Below are positions 46,460 through 57,715 of a stretch of 64,000 nt of DNA, piece by piece. The stretch covers positions 3,385 to 67,384 of the forward strand of contig JBJMTV010000010.1 in assembly GCA_045811525.1 (NCBI GenBank), in the 5' to 3' direction. The position numbers and the translations under genes were made by a program. Each line of letters starts with the position of its first letter. Position 1 is the first letter of the stretch. Origin of the DNA: Xanthobacteraceae bacterium. Its GTDB lineage: Bacteria; Pseudomonadota; Alphaproteobacteria; Rhizobiales; Xanthobacteraceae. The notes under the pieces are model-generated. The model had not been told where the DNA came from, ran no database searches, and saw only the letters and a list, made by a program, of their open reading frames with translations.

Positions 46460-48892
46460 ATGGCGATGATGGAACGCGCTTTTGACTCCCTTGGCTTCCT
46501 GCCGGACGCCATACGCGACGCGCTGCGTCGGCGCCTGCGCGAGCTCGGCGGGCTCGCACTGATCAGCGTCGCCGTGCTCGGGCTCCTCGCGCTGGCGACA
46601 TGGTCGGTACAGGACCGCTCGCTGAGCCATGCCACCACCGCGCCGATCCGCAACGTCCTCGGCCTACCCGGAGCGATTGCCGCCGATCTCATGATGCAGC
46701 TGATCGGCCTCGCGAGCCTCGCCCTGGTTCTACCGATTGCGATCTGGGGCTGGCGGCTTTTAAGTCACCGCGCGCTCAGTCGCGAGCGGCTGCGCCTTGC
46801 GTTCTGGGCCTTTGGCATTCTGCTTGTCGCGGTAGCTGCCGCATGCGTGCCGCGCACGGCCTCATGGCCACTCCCGGCAGGCTTGGGCGGCGTCACGGGT
46901 GACTGGCTGCTGCGCTTACCCTTGCTGTTTACCGCCGCGAGCGCTGCGGCAGCGTTGAAGATCGCTGTGCTGATTGGCGCCGGCAGCGGTGCCGTGATCT
47001 GTCTCGGCATTGCGTGTGGCTTCGGCTGGCAAGGCGAACGCCGCAAGCGCGCGCGAGCCCGAAGCGATGACGACGAGCGCCGCGCCTGGATCTCGCTTGG
47101 ATGGATCGCGCATGCATGGCTCAGCTTGAAAGCGCGCCTGGCGCGGCTGTTCGCAGCACGGGCATCGACCCGCGATGCCGCGCGCAGCGTGCCGCCGCCA
47201 CATCTGCGCGGCGAGCCAAGCTTGGATGGCGTACGCCGCACGACGTCGCCGGCTAGCGATGAGGCGGAGGAGGAAGACGAGGAGGAAGACGAGGAAGAAG
47301 AGGACGAGCCCGCGGCGCCTGTGCAGCGCAAAGCAAAGCCCGCGCGCGCGGCTGGGCGCCGCAACGCTGGCGGCTATCTGCTGCCGCCGCTCGAGCTGCT
47401 GGCGGTGCCGAAAGGTGTTGGCCGCACCGTTCTAAGCACCGACATGCTGCAGACCAACGCGACAGCACTCGAAGGCGTGCTCGGGGATTTTGGTGTGCGC
47501 GGCGAGATCATCAATGCGCGCCCGGGTCCGGTTGTCACTCTCTATGAGCTGGAGCCGGCACCGGGCATCAAGTCCTCGCGCGTGATCGGGCTGGCGGACG
47601 ATATTGCGCGCTCCATGAGCGCGCTTTCCGCGCGCGTCGCGGTAGTGCCCGGCCGCAACGCCATCGGCATCGAGCTTCCCAATCCAACGCGCGAGAAGGT
47701 GTTCCTGCGCGAGCTTCTGGCGCACAGCGATTATGCCGACACTCAGGCCAAGCTGCCGCTCTGCCTCGGCAAGAGCATCGGTGGCGAGCCGGTGATCGTC
47801 GATCTTACCCGCATGCCGCACCTGCTGATCGCCGGCACCACCGGCTCGGGCAAATCGGTCGCGATCAACACCATGATTTTGAGCCTCGTTTACCGGCTGC
47901 ATCCCGAGCAGTGCCGGCTGATCATGGTCGATCCGAAGATGCTCGAGCTTTCCGTCTATGATGGGATCCCGCATCTGCTGACGCCGGTTGTGACCGATCC
48001 GAAAAAAGCGGTTGTGGCCCTGAAATGGGCCGTGCGCGAAATGGAGGAGCGCTACAAGAAAATGTCCAAGGTCGGTGTGCGCAACATCGACGGTTACAAC
48101 GCGCGGGTGGTCGAGGCCAAAGCGAAAGGCGAGAAGCTCACGCGGACGGTGCACACGGGTTACGACAAGGAATCGGGCGAGGCGATCTACGAGAGCGAGG
48201 AGCTGGACGTCGAGCCGCTGCCGTTCATTGTGGTCATCGTCGACGAGATGGCCGATCTCATGATGGTTGCCGGCAAGGACATCGAGGGCGCCGTGCAGCG
48301 CCTCGCGCAAATGGCGAGGGCCGCCGGGCTGCACGTCGTGCTGGCGACGCAACGCCCTTCGGTCGACGTCATTACCGGCACGATCAAAGCGAATTTCCCG
48401 ACCCGCATCTCGTTTCAGGTCACCTCCAAGATCGACAGCCGCACCATTCTGGGGGAGCAAGGCGCCGAGCAACTCTTGGGCCAGGGCGACATGCTCTACA
48501 TGGCGGGCGGCGGGCGCATCAGCCGCGTGCACGGACCATTCGTCTCCGACGAGGAGGTGGAGAAGGTCGTTCGCCACCTCAAAGCGCAGGGCTCGCCGCA
48601 ATACCTCGAGGCGGTCACTGCCGCCGAGGAGGAGGATGAGGACGGCAATCCGGTATTCGATGCGACCGCCATGGGCGAAAGCGATGGGACCGACCTTTAC
48701 CAGCAGGCCGTGCAGGTCGTGCTGCGCGACCGCAAGGCCTCGACCAGCTACATCCAGCGCCGCTTGCAGATCGGCTACAACCGTGCGGCATCCCTGATGG
48801 AACGTATGGAAAAAGAAGGGGTGGTCGGGCAGGCCAATCACGCGGGCAAGCGCGAGATCCTCATGGGCGAGGAAGAGGTCGAGCGCTACTAG
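46460..48892 (+). CDS. ftsK: DNA translocase FtsK
   Basis: N-terminal TM helices, an acidic/Pro linker, a motor domain with Walker A GTTGSGKS and a DEMADLMM motif, and a C-terminal gamma winged helix ([14 protein letters not shown]). Confidence 0.95.
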   Translation: MAMMERAFDSLGFLPDAIRDALRRRLRELGGLALISVAVLGLLALATWSVQDRSLSHATTAPIRNVLGLPGAIAADLMMQLIGLASLALVLPIAIWGWRLLSHRALSRERLRLAFWAFGILLVAVAAACVPRTASWPLPAGLGGVTGDWLLRLPLLFTAASAAAALKIAVLIGAGSGAVICLGIACGFGWQGERRKRARARSDDDERRAWISLGWIAHAWLSLKARLARLFAARASTRDAARSVPPPHLRGEPSLDGVRRTTSPASDEAEEEDEEEDEEEEDEPAAPVQRKAKPARAAGRRNAGGYLLPPLELLAVPKGVGRTVLSTDMLQTNATALEGVLGDFGVRGEIINARPGPVVTLYELEPAPGIKSSRVIGLADDIARSMSALSARVAVVPGRNAIGIELPNPTREKVFLRELLAHSDYADTQAKLPLCLGKSIGGEPVIVDLTRMPHLLIAGTTGSGKSVAINTMILSLVYRLHPEQCRLIMVDPKMLELSVYDGIPHLLTPVVTDPKKAVVALKWAVREMEERYKKMSKVGVRNIDGYNARVVEAKAKGEKLTRTVHTGYDKESGEAIYESEELDVEPLPFIVVIVDEMADLMMVAGKDIEGAVQRLAQMARAAGLHVVLATQRPSVDVITGTIKANFPTRISFQVTSKIDSRTILGEQGAEQLLGQGDMLYMAGGGRISRVHGPFVSDEEVEKVVRHLKAQGSPQYLEAVTAAEEEDEDGNPVFDATAMGESDGTDLYQQAVQVVLRDRKASTSYIQRRLQIGYNRAASLMERMEKEGVVGQANHAGKREILMGEEEVERY

Positions 48893-49007
48893 GGGCGCTC
48901 CCCCGTTGCGCCAACTTTGCCCCACACGCAGATTGTGGCCGGGCAGTCGTGTTGTCGCCACATCATAGCGTTAGCGGAATGACCGGGTGAGACACGGAGA
49001 GGGGATT

Positions 49008-49790
49008 ATGGCTGTCACGCGCCCGGCACTGTGGGTGGGGGCATTCTTGTTGGGGGCGTGCGCGCTCGGGTCAACCGGTGGCGCTGAGACCGTGCCACTG
49101 CCGACTCCGGCGCCCCATCCGAAGGAAGGCGGCGCCCCGGCGCGGTCGGCGCCCTCGGCTCAGTCGGAAGGCGGACTTATTTCCGGCATTCGATCCCTGT
49201 TCAACCTGGACAAACAGGAAGCGTCTCCGCCCGCCACGGCCGGTAATCTCACGCCCGCGCAACGCGCCCAGGTCGACAAGGTCAGCAACTATTTGAGCAG
49301 TGTCCAGCAACTGGTCGGGCACTTCGTCCAAGTGGGGCCCGACGGCGGACGGGTGAAAGGCGATTTTTACATCCAGAAGCCCGGCAAGGTGCGTTTCGAA
49401 TACGACCCGCCGAGCCCGATTGAAATCGTGGCTGACGGCCAATCCGTAGTGGTGCGCAACAGCAAGCTTGCCACCCAGGATCTCTACCCGTTGTCGCAAA
49501 CTCCGCTGCGGTTTCTCCTCGCTGAACGCATCGATCTGGTGCGCGATACCAACGTCATCGGCGTGCGCTCAGACGACACCTATGTGACGATCATCATCGA
49601 GGAGCGGCAGGCGGTCATCGGCACGAGTCGCCTCATGGTCATGGTCGGCGCCAAGGACTATCAGCTCAAGCAATGGACCGTCACCGACCCGCAGGGCTAT
49701 GACACGACGGTGGCCGTTTCCCACCTCGACGTCAGCAAGCGGCCCGATCCCAGCATGTTCCGGATCGATTATACCCGCTACGCACAGTAG
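49008..49790 (+). CDS. lolA: outer-membrane lipoprotein carrier protein LolA-like
   Basis: A signal peptide and a LolA-like beta-barrel region (GHFVQVGPDGGRVKGDFYIQKPGKVRFEY). The ftsK-lolA synteny is conserved. Confidence 0.75.
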   Translation: MAVTRPALWVGAFLLGACALGSTGGAETVPLPTPAPHPKEGGAPARSAPSAQSEGGLISGIRSLFNLDKQEASPPATAGNLTPAQRAQVDKVSNYLSSVQQLVGHFVQVGPDGGRVKGDFYIQKPGKVRFEYDPPSPIEIVADGQSVVVRNSKLATQDLYPLSQTPLRFLLAERIDLVRDTNVIGVRSDDTYVTIIIEERQAVIGTSRLMVMVGAKDYQLKQWTVTDPQGYDTTVAVSHLDVSKRPDPSMFRIDYTRYAQ

Positions 49791-49852
49791 CGCTGGACTG
49801 TTCTCCTCTCGTCGTTGACTTCGAGCCGCCGAGCCGCGATGAGTGATTCGGC

Positions 49853-50671
49853 ATGCGGCTGACAGTCACGACCTGGAATATCAATTCGGTGCGGCTGCGG
49901 ATCGACAGCGTCGCGCGGCTCATTAAGGCGCTGCGACCTGACGTTCTGTGCTTGCAAGAGACAAAGTGCCCGGACGATCGATTTCCGCGCAAGCGCTTCA
50001 AACGGCTCGGCTACGAGCACATCGCGTTGAATGGGCAGAAGGGCTACCACGGCGTCGTGGTGCTTTCACGCTTCCCTTTCGACAGCTTCAACGTGAAGAC
50101 ATTCTGCGGCAAATCCGACTGCCGCCACGTCTCCGCCGTGCTTGGCGAACGCGCAGGGTTGCGCGATCCCATTACGCTGCACAACTTCTATGTGCCTGCG
50201 GGCGGCGACACTCCCGACCCCTCCGTCAATGTCAAGTTCGCGCACAAGCTCGCCTTCCTCGACGAGATGGCGGCAGCGCCTGAGCTGCGCTGCCAAACCG
50301 GCGGGCGAATGATCCTCGTCGGCGATCTCAACGTGGCACCGCTCGAGCATGACGTTTGGAGTCACAAGCAGATGCTGCGCGTCGTCTCGCATACGCCCAC
50401 TGAATGCGAGAAGCTCGGCGCCGTGCAAAAAGGAGGCGGCTGGGTTGACGCGATGCGCCTGCACGTGCCGGAGCCGGTGAAGCTTTACACCTGGTGGAGC
50501 TACCGCTCACCCGATTGGCGCGCCGCCGACAAGGGGCGCCGCCTCGACCACATCTGGGTCGCCCCTGCGCTCGCCGACCGCGTCGCCAATCTCAAGGTCT
50601 CGCGTAATTCACGCGCCTGGACACGACCCTCGGATCATGTGCCGGTGACCGCCGTGCTCGATGTGTCGTGA
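49853..50671 (+). CDS. xthA: exodeoxyribonuclease III
   Basis: TWNINSVR, LCLQETK, GDLNVAP and SDHVPV motifs of the EEP nuclease family. Confidence 0.9.
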   Translation: MRLTVTTWNINSVRLRIDSVARLIKALRPDVLCLQETKCPDDRFPRKRFKRLGYEHIALNGQKGYHGVVVLSRFPFDSFNVKTFCGKSDCRHVSAVLGERAGLRDPITLHNFYVPAGGDTPDPSVNVKFAHKLAFLDEMAAAPELRCQTGGRMILVGDLNVAPLEHDVWSHKQMLRVVSHTPTECEKLGAVQKGGGWVDAMRLHVPEPVKLYTWWSYRSPDWRAADKGRRLDHIWVAPALADRVANLKVSRNSRAWTRPSDHVPVTAVLDVS

Positions 50672-50698
50672 TCCCGTGAGAATGACGCATCACGCCAG

Positions 50699-51160
50699 CT
50701 ATTTCGGATCGTGCGCCTCGAGCCTCGAACGCAGATTGACGATCTCGCCTGTCGATTGCTCGAGGCGTGCGGCGACGATCGCGCGCAGGCGTTCCGCTGT
50801 CTCCGGAAAACTGTCCAGCATCTTGATGAACAGGGGCCGTGGGATACGCAGCACGGTTGAGGGCTCGAGCGCGGTCGCGGTCGCCGGACGACGCGTCTCC
50901 GTGAACAGCGCCACCTCTCCCAGTAGGGTGCCCGGGCCGACGGTAAACGCACCGCCATCGTCCCGGCCTTCGGCCAACGCAAATCGGCCCTCCTGAACAA
51001 CGAAGCCGCCATCTGCCTCTTCGCCGGCGTGGAACAAGACCTCGCCGCTGTGGATGTAGCGGGTCTCGGCACCGATCGCGAGAATGCGCAGCGCCTGTCG
51101 CCCCAACGGGCTGAGTGTCGGCACCCGTTCGAAGAAGCTGATGTCGTCCTCAATGCTCAT
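50699..51160 (-). CDS. cyclic nucleotide-binding domain protein (no DNA-binding domain)
   Basis: A 153-aa cNMP-binding beta-roll pattern (GEVLFHAGEEADGGFVVQEG ... GEVALF). It is too short to contain an HTH. Confidence 0.75.
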   Translation of the reverse strand: MSIEDDISFFERVPTLSPLGRQALRILAIGAETRYIHSGEVLFHAGEEADGGFVVQEGRFALAEGRDDGGAFTVGPGTLLGEVALFTETRRPATATALEPSTVLRIPRPLFIKMLDSFPETAERLRAIVAARLEQSTGEIVNLRSRLEAHDPK

Positions 51161-51168
51161 GCGAGGAC

Positions 51169-51855
51169 TCAGGGCACCAGCTTGTAGCCACCAGCCTCAG
51201 TGACCAGGATTGAGGGGGTGGCTGCGTCCTTCTCCACTTTTTGGCGCAGCCGATAGATATGCGTTTCCAACGTGTGTGTGGTCACTCCCGAATTATACCC
51301 CCACACCTCCTGCAGCAGCGTCTCGCGTGACACCGGCCGCTGGCCCGCGCGGTAGAGATAGCGCAGGATCGCCGTCTCCTTCTCGGTCAGGCGAACCTTG
51401 CTGCCTTTCGGATTGAGCAGGATCTTGGATCCGGGCCGGAAGGTATAAGGTCCGATGCTGAAAACCGCATCCTCGCTCGCCTCATGCTGGCGTAGCTGCG
51501 CGCGGATGCGCGCCAACAGCACCGCAAAGCGAAACGGCTTCGCCACATAATCATTCGCCCCGGATTCCAGCCCGAGGATGGTGTCGGAATCGGTATTGTG
51601 GCCGGTGAGCATGATGATCGGGGCCTTGAAGCCGTTCTTGCGCAGGATGCGGACGGCTTCACGGCCGTCCACATCGGGAAGACCGACATCCATGATCACG
51701 AGGTCGATCTGGCCTGCCTTGGCGGCCTGCACTCCTTTGGCCCCGTTATCGACGGCAGTGGACTCGAACTCCTCGTGCAGCGCCAGTTGCTCGACCAGAG
51801 CGTCGCGCAGCTCGGCATCATCATCGACGATGAGGATCTTTCGGGTCGTGGTCAT
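51169..51855 (-). CDS. OmpR/PhoB-family response regulator (possibly CenR orthologue)
   Basis: A receiver domain (ILIVDDD ... DLVIMDVGLPDVDG ... KPF) plus a winged-helix output domain (LTEKETAILRYL ... GGYKL). The CenR assignment is inference from family resemblance only. Confidence 0.9.
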   Translation of the reverse strand: MTTTRKILIVDDDAELRDALVEQLALHEEFESTAVDNGAKGVQAAKAGQIDLVIMDVGLPDVDGREAVRILRKNGFKAPIIMLTGHNTDSDTILGLESGANDYVAKPFRFAVLLARIRAQLRQHEASEDAVFSIGPYTFRPGSKILLNPKGSKVRLTEKETAILRYLYRAGQRPVSRETLLQEVWGYNSGVTTHTLETHIYRLRQKVEKDAATPSILVTEAGGYKLVP

Positions 51856-51966
51856 TCCGTCCGACTCCAACCGGCACAGCCGCCGACCAGTGGCGAAGTA
51901 GAACATTCGGCACTAAAAGAGCAAGTATGGACTGCTATTTCGCCCTCCGGACCTCATTGGATCGCG

Positions 51967-52500
51967 ATGCGCCGCCGGTCGCTGTCTTGGCTGCAGGTTA
52001 GGACCCGCCCAGGCAGCCGCACACACGGCATTCTACTGGCGGGCGCACGCGCAATCCCTGTGCTGCTCGGCCGCAGCGGCATTCGCGCCAACAAACTCGA
52101 AGGCGACGGCGCGACGCCGCGCGGCACCTTTCGCCTAGTCCGCGCCTGGTGGCGGGCGGACCGGCACCCTCGGCCAGAGACCCAGCTGCCGGTGCGGCGT
52201 ATCACTGCCGACCTCGCTTGGTGTGAAAATACCGGCAGCGCCAAGTACAACCGGCCGTTCCGACGCTCAGCCAGTGAACCTGGCGACCGGCTCTGGCGCG
52301 AGGACCCCCTCTATGACTTTTTTATCCAGCTCGACCACAACACGCGGCCGCGTGTTGGAAATCGTGGCAGCGCCGTGTTCATCCACTTGGCCCGCTCGAG
52401 CGGCGCGCCGACAGCCGGGTGCATTGCACTCGGCGGCCGTGACCTGCAGCGTTTGCTCCAGGTGCTGGGTCCGCACACCCGCATACGCATCTCCGGGTAG
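51967..52500 (+). CDS. L,D-transpeptidase (YkuD) family protein
   Basis: GSAVFIHLARSSGAPTAGCIAL contains the His...Cys catalytic motif of YkuD domains. The start is ATG 51967 within track ORF 51598-52500. Confidence 0.7.
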   Translation: MRRRSLSWLQVRTRPGSRTHGILLAGARAIPVLLGRSGIRANKLEGDGATPRGTFRLVRAWWRADRHPRPETQLPVRRITADLAWCENTGSAKYNRPFRRSASEPGDRLWREDPLYDFFIQLDHNTRPRVGNRGSAVFIHLARSSGAPTAGCIALGGRDLQRLLQVLGPHTRIRISG

Positions 52501-52521
52501 CGCCGGAGCGTGAATGGCCGA

Positions 52522-53241
52522 TCAGCGATCCCGGCGGAAGGGAGGCCGTGTGCCAAAGATCGCGGTGCCCACGCGCACGTGCGTGGCCCCAAGCTCGATC
52601 GCGAGCGGAAAGTCCGCACTCATGCCCATAGAGAGCAGCGCAAGCCCATTCCGCGCCGCGATTTTCGCGGTGAGCGCAAAATGCGGCGCAGGCGGATCGT
52701 CAAGGGGTGGAATGCACATCAGGCCCGCCACCTGGAGCTCGTAGCGCTCCCGGCACTCGCGCAGGAACCCGTCAGCTGCTTTAGGTAACACCCCGGCCTT
52801 TTGCGGCTCGGCTCCGGTGTTGATCTCGACGAGCAGCGTAGGATGACGACCCTGCTTGGAAATTTCCTTGGCCAGCGCCTCGCACAGGCTTGGCCGATCA
52901 ACCGAATGGATCGCATCGAACAGCGCGACGGCTTCCTTGACCTTGTTCGACTGCAGCGGCCCGACCAGGTGCAACTCGATCCCGGAGTGCCGCTCCTTGA
53001 GCGCCGGCCACTTGGCCTTCGCATCTTGCACACGGTTTTCGCCGAAAACCCGCTGGCCCGCATTGATCACCGGCTCGATGGCCTCGACACCGAACGTCTT
53101 CGAGATCGCAACCAGTGTGACCGCCGCTGCATCGCGCCGCGCGTCGTGGCATGCTGTCGTGATCGTTTCACGCACAGCGGCGAGCCGGCGTTCGGCAGTG
53201 TCGAGCAAAGGGGAAACGGCGGACACGAGGGCGCCTCGCAT
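52522..53241 (-). CDS. yggS: YggS-family pyridoxal phosphate homeostasis protein
   Basis: LVAISKT PLP-lysine motif and HLVGPLQSNK and LSMGMSADF motifs. Confidence 0.9.
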   Translation of the reverse strand: MRGALVSAVSPLLDTAERRLAAVRETITTACHDARRDAAAVTLVAISKTFGVEAIEPVINAGQRVFGENRVQDAKAKWPALKERHSGIELHLVGPLQSNKVKEAVALFDAIHSVDRPSLCEALAKEISKQGRHPTLLVEINTGAEPQKAGVLPKAADGFLRECRERYELQVAGLMCIPPLDDPPAPHFALTAKIAARNGLALLSMGMSADFPLAIELGATHVRVGTAIFGTRPPFRRDR

Positions 53242-53442
53242 TTCGGACGAAGATGACCGGCGCTGAGACGCTTAGCGCCCTTTGTCGCGCGGTCAAGGCA
53301 CAGCGCGCGTCAACGCCATGGCTTGTCCTCAGCGCAGGCGCCCGTCGCTGTCGAGCCGCGGCCGACCCTGCAATTGACCGAATTGTTCCTTCATGATCCT
53401 ACAGGACAGGCCACGCGGTTTGATCCTCGAACCTGAGCTCGC

Positions 53443-56070
53443 ATGACCACTGAACGATACAACGCCCGTGAGGCGGAGCCCCGCTGGCAAAAAGCGTGGG
53501 AGGAGCGCGGCATCTTCGCGACCCGCAACGATGACCCGCGCGACCCCTATTACGTGCTCGAGATGTTTCCGTATCCGTCGGGCCGCATCCATATGGGCCA
53601 CGTGCGCAACTACACGATGGGTGACGTGGTCGCGCGCTACAAGCGCGCCAAAGGTTTCAATGTGCTGCATCCGATGGGCTGGGACGCCTTCGGCATGCCC
53701 GCCGAGAATGCCGCGATCGAGCGCAAGATTCATCCCAAAGCCTGGACCTATCAGAACATCGCGGCCATGAAGGCGCAGCTGCAATCCATGGGGCTTTCGC
53801 TCGATTGGGCGCGCGAGCTGGCGACCTGCGATCCTTCCTATTACCGCCACCAGCAAAAGATGTTTCTCGATTTTCTCGGCGCCGGACTGGTCGAGCGCAA
53901 GCTCGGCCGTGTGAATTGGGATCCCGTCGATCAGACCGTGCTCGCCAACGAGCAAGTCATCGATGGCCGCGGCTGGCGCTCCGGCGCGCTGGTCGAGCAG
54001 CGCGAGATGATGCAGTGGTACTTCGCCATAACGAAGTACTCGGAAGAGCTGCTGCAGGCGCTCGACAAGCTCGAACGCTGGCCCGAAAAAGTGCGCCTCA
54101 TGCAGCGCAATTGGATCGGTCGCTCCGAGGGGCTGCTGGTCCGTTTCGCACTTGATGCCGCGACGACACCGGCCGGTGAGTCCGCACTGGAGGTTTTCAC
54201 CACCCGTCCCGACACGCTCTTCGGCGCGAGGTTCATGGCGGTCTCGCCAGACCACCCGTTGGCGGCAGCCGCGGCGGCCACGAACCCTGCGCTCGCGCAA
54301 TTCATCGCCGAGTGCAAGCGACATGGCACGGCACAGGAAATCATCGAGACGGCAGAAAAAGAGGGGTTCGACACCGGCATCAAGGCCTTTCATCCCTTCG
54401 ATGCAAATTGGAAGCTGCCGGTCTACGTCGCCAATTTCATCCTGATGGACTACGGCACCGGAGCCATTTTCGGATGTCCGGCGCACGATCAGCGCGACCT
54501 CGAGTTCGCCAACAAGTACCGGCTCGGCAACACGCCGGTCGTGTGTCCTCCCAATGCGGATCCCGCGACATTCGTGATCACCGACACCGCTTATGATGGC
54601 GACGGGCGCATGATCAATTCGCGTTTCCTCGACGGGCTGAGCGTCGAGGAGGCGAAGGCCGAGGTTGCCCGCCGGCTCGAGGCGGAGGAGCGTGGCGGCA
54701 AGCCGGTAGGGAAGCGTCAGATCAATTATCGCCTGCGCGACTGGGGCATCTCACGCCAGCGCTATTGGGGCTGTCCCATTCCCATCATCCATTGCCCGAG
54801 CTGTGGCGTCGTCCCGGTGCCGGAGAACGAGCTGCCGGTGGAGCTGCCGGACGATGTGGACTTTGATCGCCCGGGCAACCCGCTCGAGCGGCATCCCACT
54901 TGGAAGCATGTCAGCTGCTTCAGGTGCGGCGAGCCCGCCACGCGTGAGACCGACACGATGGACACGTTCGTGGATTCGTCTTGGTACTTCGCACGTTTCA
55001 CCGATCCATGGATCGAGACTGCCCCCACCAATCGCGCTGTCATCGATCGCATGATGCCCGTCGACCAGTATATCGGCGGCATTGAGCACGCGATTCTGCA
55101 TCTGCTCTACAGCCGCTTCTTCACGCGCGCGATGCACGCCACCGGTCACAGCGCCCTGGATGAGCCGTTCGCCGGGCTGTTCACGCAGGGCATGGTCGTG
55201 CACGAGACCTACCAGCGCACAAATGGCGAGTGGGTGATGCCCGCCGAGGTGAGGATCGAGAGCATCGGGAGCGAGCGGCGCGCCACGCTCATGACAAGCG
55301 GCGAGCCAGTGACCATCGGCGCGATCGAGAAGATGTCGAAGTCGAGGCGCAACACTGTCGACCCCGACGATATCATCGGCAGCTCCGGCGCCGATACCGC
55401 GCGCTGGTTCATGCTGTCGGATTCCCCGCCCGAGCGCGACGTGATCTGGACCGAGGAGGGCGTACAGGGGGCTTGGCGCTTTGTGCAGCGGCTTTGGCGC
55501 CTGGTGCAGGAGACCGCTGCCATAGCTGGACCCGCCGACGCGCCACGCCCGACCAGCTTTGGACAGGAGGCCCTGACCTTGCGCAAGGCGGCGCACCGCG
55601 CCCTTGCGCGTGTCTCGGAAGATATCGAGCGGCTGCGATTCAACGTTTGCGTCGCCCACATCTACGAATTTACCAACGCGTTCCAAACGTCTCTCGGAAG
55701 CGTCGAGGCTGAGCCACTGGCCGACTACCGCTGGGCCGCGCGCGAGGCGATCGAAATCCTCGTTCGCCTTTTCCACCCCATGATGCCGCACCTGGCGGAG
55801 GAGTGCTGGGCGGCGCTGGGCTACCGCGGCTTGGTCGCGGCGCAGCCCTGGCCCGAGCTCGAGAGGGAGCTCCTGGTCGAGGAGACGATCACACTTCCGG
55901 TCCAAATCAATGGCAAGAAGCGCGCGGAGGTGACGGTCGCCCGCGATGCGACGGTCGCTGCGACGGAGGCCGCCGTCCTGGCACTCGATCCGGTCAAACG
56001 AATTCTGGGGGGAAAGGCCCCTAAAAAGGTCATCGTCGTGCCGCAGAGGATTGTGAATGTGGTGGCATAA
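53443..56070 (+). CDS. leuS: leucine--tRNA ligase
   Basis: 875 aa with an HMGH (HIGH-type) motif and a KMSKS motif (EKMSKSRRN). Confidence 0.95.
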   Translation: MTTERYNAREAEPRWQKAWEERGIFATRNDDPRDPYYVLEMFPYPSGRIHMGHVRNYTMGDVVARYKRAKGFNVLHPMGWDAFGMPAENAAIERKIHPKAWTYQNIAAMKAQLQSMGLSLDWARELATCDPSYYRHQQKMFLDFLGAGLVERKLGRVNWDPVDQTVLANEQVIDGRGWRSGALVEQREMMQWYFAITKYSEELLQALDKLERWPEKVRLMQRNWIGRSEGLLVRFALDAATTPAGESALEVFTTRPDTLFGARFMAVSPDHPLAAAAAATNPALAQFIAECKRHGTAQEIIETAEKEGFDTGIKAFHPFDANWKLPVYVANFILMDYGTGAIFGCPAHDQRDLEFANKYRLGNTPVVCPPNADPATFVITDTAYDGDGRMINSRFLDGLSVEEAKAEVARRLEAEERGGKPVGKRQINYRLRDWGISRQRYWGCPIPIIHCPSCGVVPVPENELPVELPDDVDFDRPGNPLERHPTWKHVSCFRCGEPATRETDTMDTFVDSSWYFARFTDPWIETAPTNRAVIDRMMPVDQYIGGIEHAILHLLYSRFFTRAMHATGHSALDEPFAGLFTQGMVVHETYQRTNGEWVMPAEVRIESIGSERRATLMTSGEPVTIGAIEKMSKSRRNTVDPDDIIGSSGADTARWFMLSDSPPERDVIWTEEGVQGAWRFVQRLWRLVQETAAIAGPADAPRPTSFGQEALTLRKAAHRALARVSEDIERLRFNVCVAHIYEFTNAFQTSLGSVEAEPLADYRWAAREAIEILVRLFHPMMPHLAEECWAALGYRGLVAAQPWPELERELLVEETITLPVQINGKKRAEVTVARDATVAATEAAVLALDPVKRILGGKAPKKVIVVPQRIVNVVA

Positions 56071-56089
56071 GGCGCGCGCCAGCTTGGCC

Positions 56090-56617
56090 ATGAGAACTGC
56101 GGCGGGATTGCTCGTCGCTGCCTTGACGGCTGGTTGTTTCCAGCCGCTCTACGGCGAGCTCTCGCCTGTTGGCACGCCGGTGTTGCGCGAGCAGCTCAGC
56201 TCCGTCGACATCCTGCAGATTGAGGCGCCGAAGGGTACCGACGAGTCGCGGCTTGCGGTTGAGATCAGAAACGCCCTGCTGTTTGATTTTACCGGTGGCG
56301 GAGCCCCCGCCCCGCCCGTTCACCGCCTGAAAATCGCGATGAGCTCGACGCGCGCGTCCATCATTGTGGACATCCACACCTCACGTCCGGACGTCGAGAA
56401 CTATGGCATCAATGCCACCTATTCGCTGACCGAGATCGCCACCGGCAAGGTGGTGGTGACCGGACAAACCTTCGCGCGTGTCTCCTACGATATCCCGGGC
56501 CAGCAGCAACGCTTCGCGCGCTTACGCGGCCTGCGCGACGCCGAGAGCCGCGCGGCGAAGGTGGTCGCCACCAACATCACGACGCGGCTTGCGTCCTATT
56601 TCATCGCCGGCACCTGA
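56090..56617 (+). CDS. lptE: LPS-assembly lipoprotein LptE
   Basis: Lipobox LTAGC after MRTAAGLLVAA. The leuS-lptE-holA synteny is conserved. The start is ATG 56090 or 56057. Confidence 0.7.
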   Translation: MRTAAGLLVAALTAGCFQPLYGELSPVGTPVLREQLSSVDILQIEAPKGTDESRLAVEIRNALLFDFTGGGAPAPPVHRLKIAMSSTRASIIVDIHTSRPDVENYGINATYSLTEIATGKVVVTGQTFARVSYDIPGQQQRFARLRGLRDAESRAAKVVATNITTRLASYFIAGT

Positions 56618-56654
56618 TTCGCCGCAAGTGGTTGGCTAAACTGATGCGGGCGTC

Positions 56655-57686
56655 ATGGTCGCCCTGAAAGCTTCCGAGGTAGACCGCTTTCTCGCTCGGC
56701 GCGATTCCGCGGTCCCCGTCGTTCTGGTGTTCGGACCGGACGCTGGGCTGGTGCGGGAACGCACCGAGGCGCTGATCCGCGCGTCAGTCGACGATCCCAA
56801 GGATCCATTCCAGCTTGCTCGCCTCGATGGCGACGAGCTCGCCGGCGAGCCGACCCGCCTCGTCGAGGAGGCGAGCACGATTCCGCTGTTTGGCGGGCGC
56901 CGCGCCGTGTGGGTGCAGGCGGGCAGCCGCAACTTTGCTGCGGCGATTGAGGCGGTGCTCGCTCTCTCCAAACTGGACTGCCGCGTGGTGATCGAGGCCG
57001 GCGACCTCAAGCGCAACGCGCCGCTTCGCCTGCTGTGCGAGCGGGCAAAAAATGCAGCGGCCCTGCCCTGCTATCCTGACGCCGGCCGCGAGCTCGCGCG
57101 CCTGATCGACCAGGAGATTGGCGAGGCTGGACTAACCATTTCCACTGATGCACGGCAGGCCCTCGTCCCCCTCCTCGGCGGCGATCGGCTCGCCTCGCGT
57201 CAAGAGTTGCGCAAGCTCGCGCTGTTCGCGCACGGCAAGGAGCGCATTGAGATCGATGACATCGTAAGCGTCATTGCCGATGCGTCGGCACTCGCACTCG
57301 ACGCACTGATCGATGCCGCTTTTACCGGCAGGCCTGACGAGCTCGAGGCTCAGCTCGCAAAAGCCCAGACCGCCGCCACCTCCTCCGGCACGATCATGTC
57401 CGCTGCGCAACGCCACGCGGCTCAGCTGCACAGAGCCAGGCTGGCGATGGATGACGGCGCTTCAATCGGCGATGCGGCCGGCGGCATGCAGCCCTTCCTC
57501 CATTTCAGCCGCAAGGCGGCAGTCGAAACCACCCTGCGACTTTGGACGTCAGCACGGCTCGAGCGCGCGTTGATCCAGCTCGGTGAAGCTGCGGCGGAAG
57601 CACGCGCGCAGTCGACGATGGCTCAGGCCATCACACAACGCGCGCTGCTATCGCTCGCCGTGGTTGCGCGCAGGAAAGAGTCTTAA
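56655..57686 (+). CDS. holA: DNA polymerase III subunit delta
   Basis: 343 aa with the N-terminal VVLVFGPDAGLVRE pattern, in the holA position after lptE. Confidence 0.85.
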   Translation: MVALKASEVDRFLARRDSAVPVVLVFGPDAGLVRERTEALIRASVDDPKDPFQLARLDGDELAGEPTRLVEEASTIPLFGGRRAVWVQAGSRNFAAAIEAVLALSKLDCRVVIEAGDLKRNAPLRLLCERAKNAAALPCYPDAGRELARLIDQEIGEAGLTISTDARQALVPLLGGDRLASRQELRKLALFAHGKERIEIDDIVSVIADASALALDALIDAAFTGRPDELEAQLAKAQTAATSSGTIMSAAQRHAAQLHRARLAMDDGASIGDAAGGMQPFLHFSRKAAVETTLRLWTSARLERALIQLGEAAAEARAQSTMAQAITQRALLSLAVVARRKES

Positions 57687-57715
57687 TCCTGTCTTCAAGA
57701 GGCGCGTCTTATCAC

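Noticed and set aside
47258-47310. The acidic [14 protein letters not shown] tract in FtsK as a DNA-level repeat of interest.
   Set aside because: Low-complexity acidic or proline-rich linkers between the membrane and motor domains are a normal, highly variable feature of FtsK proteins.
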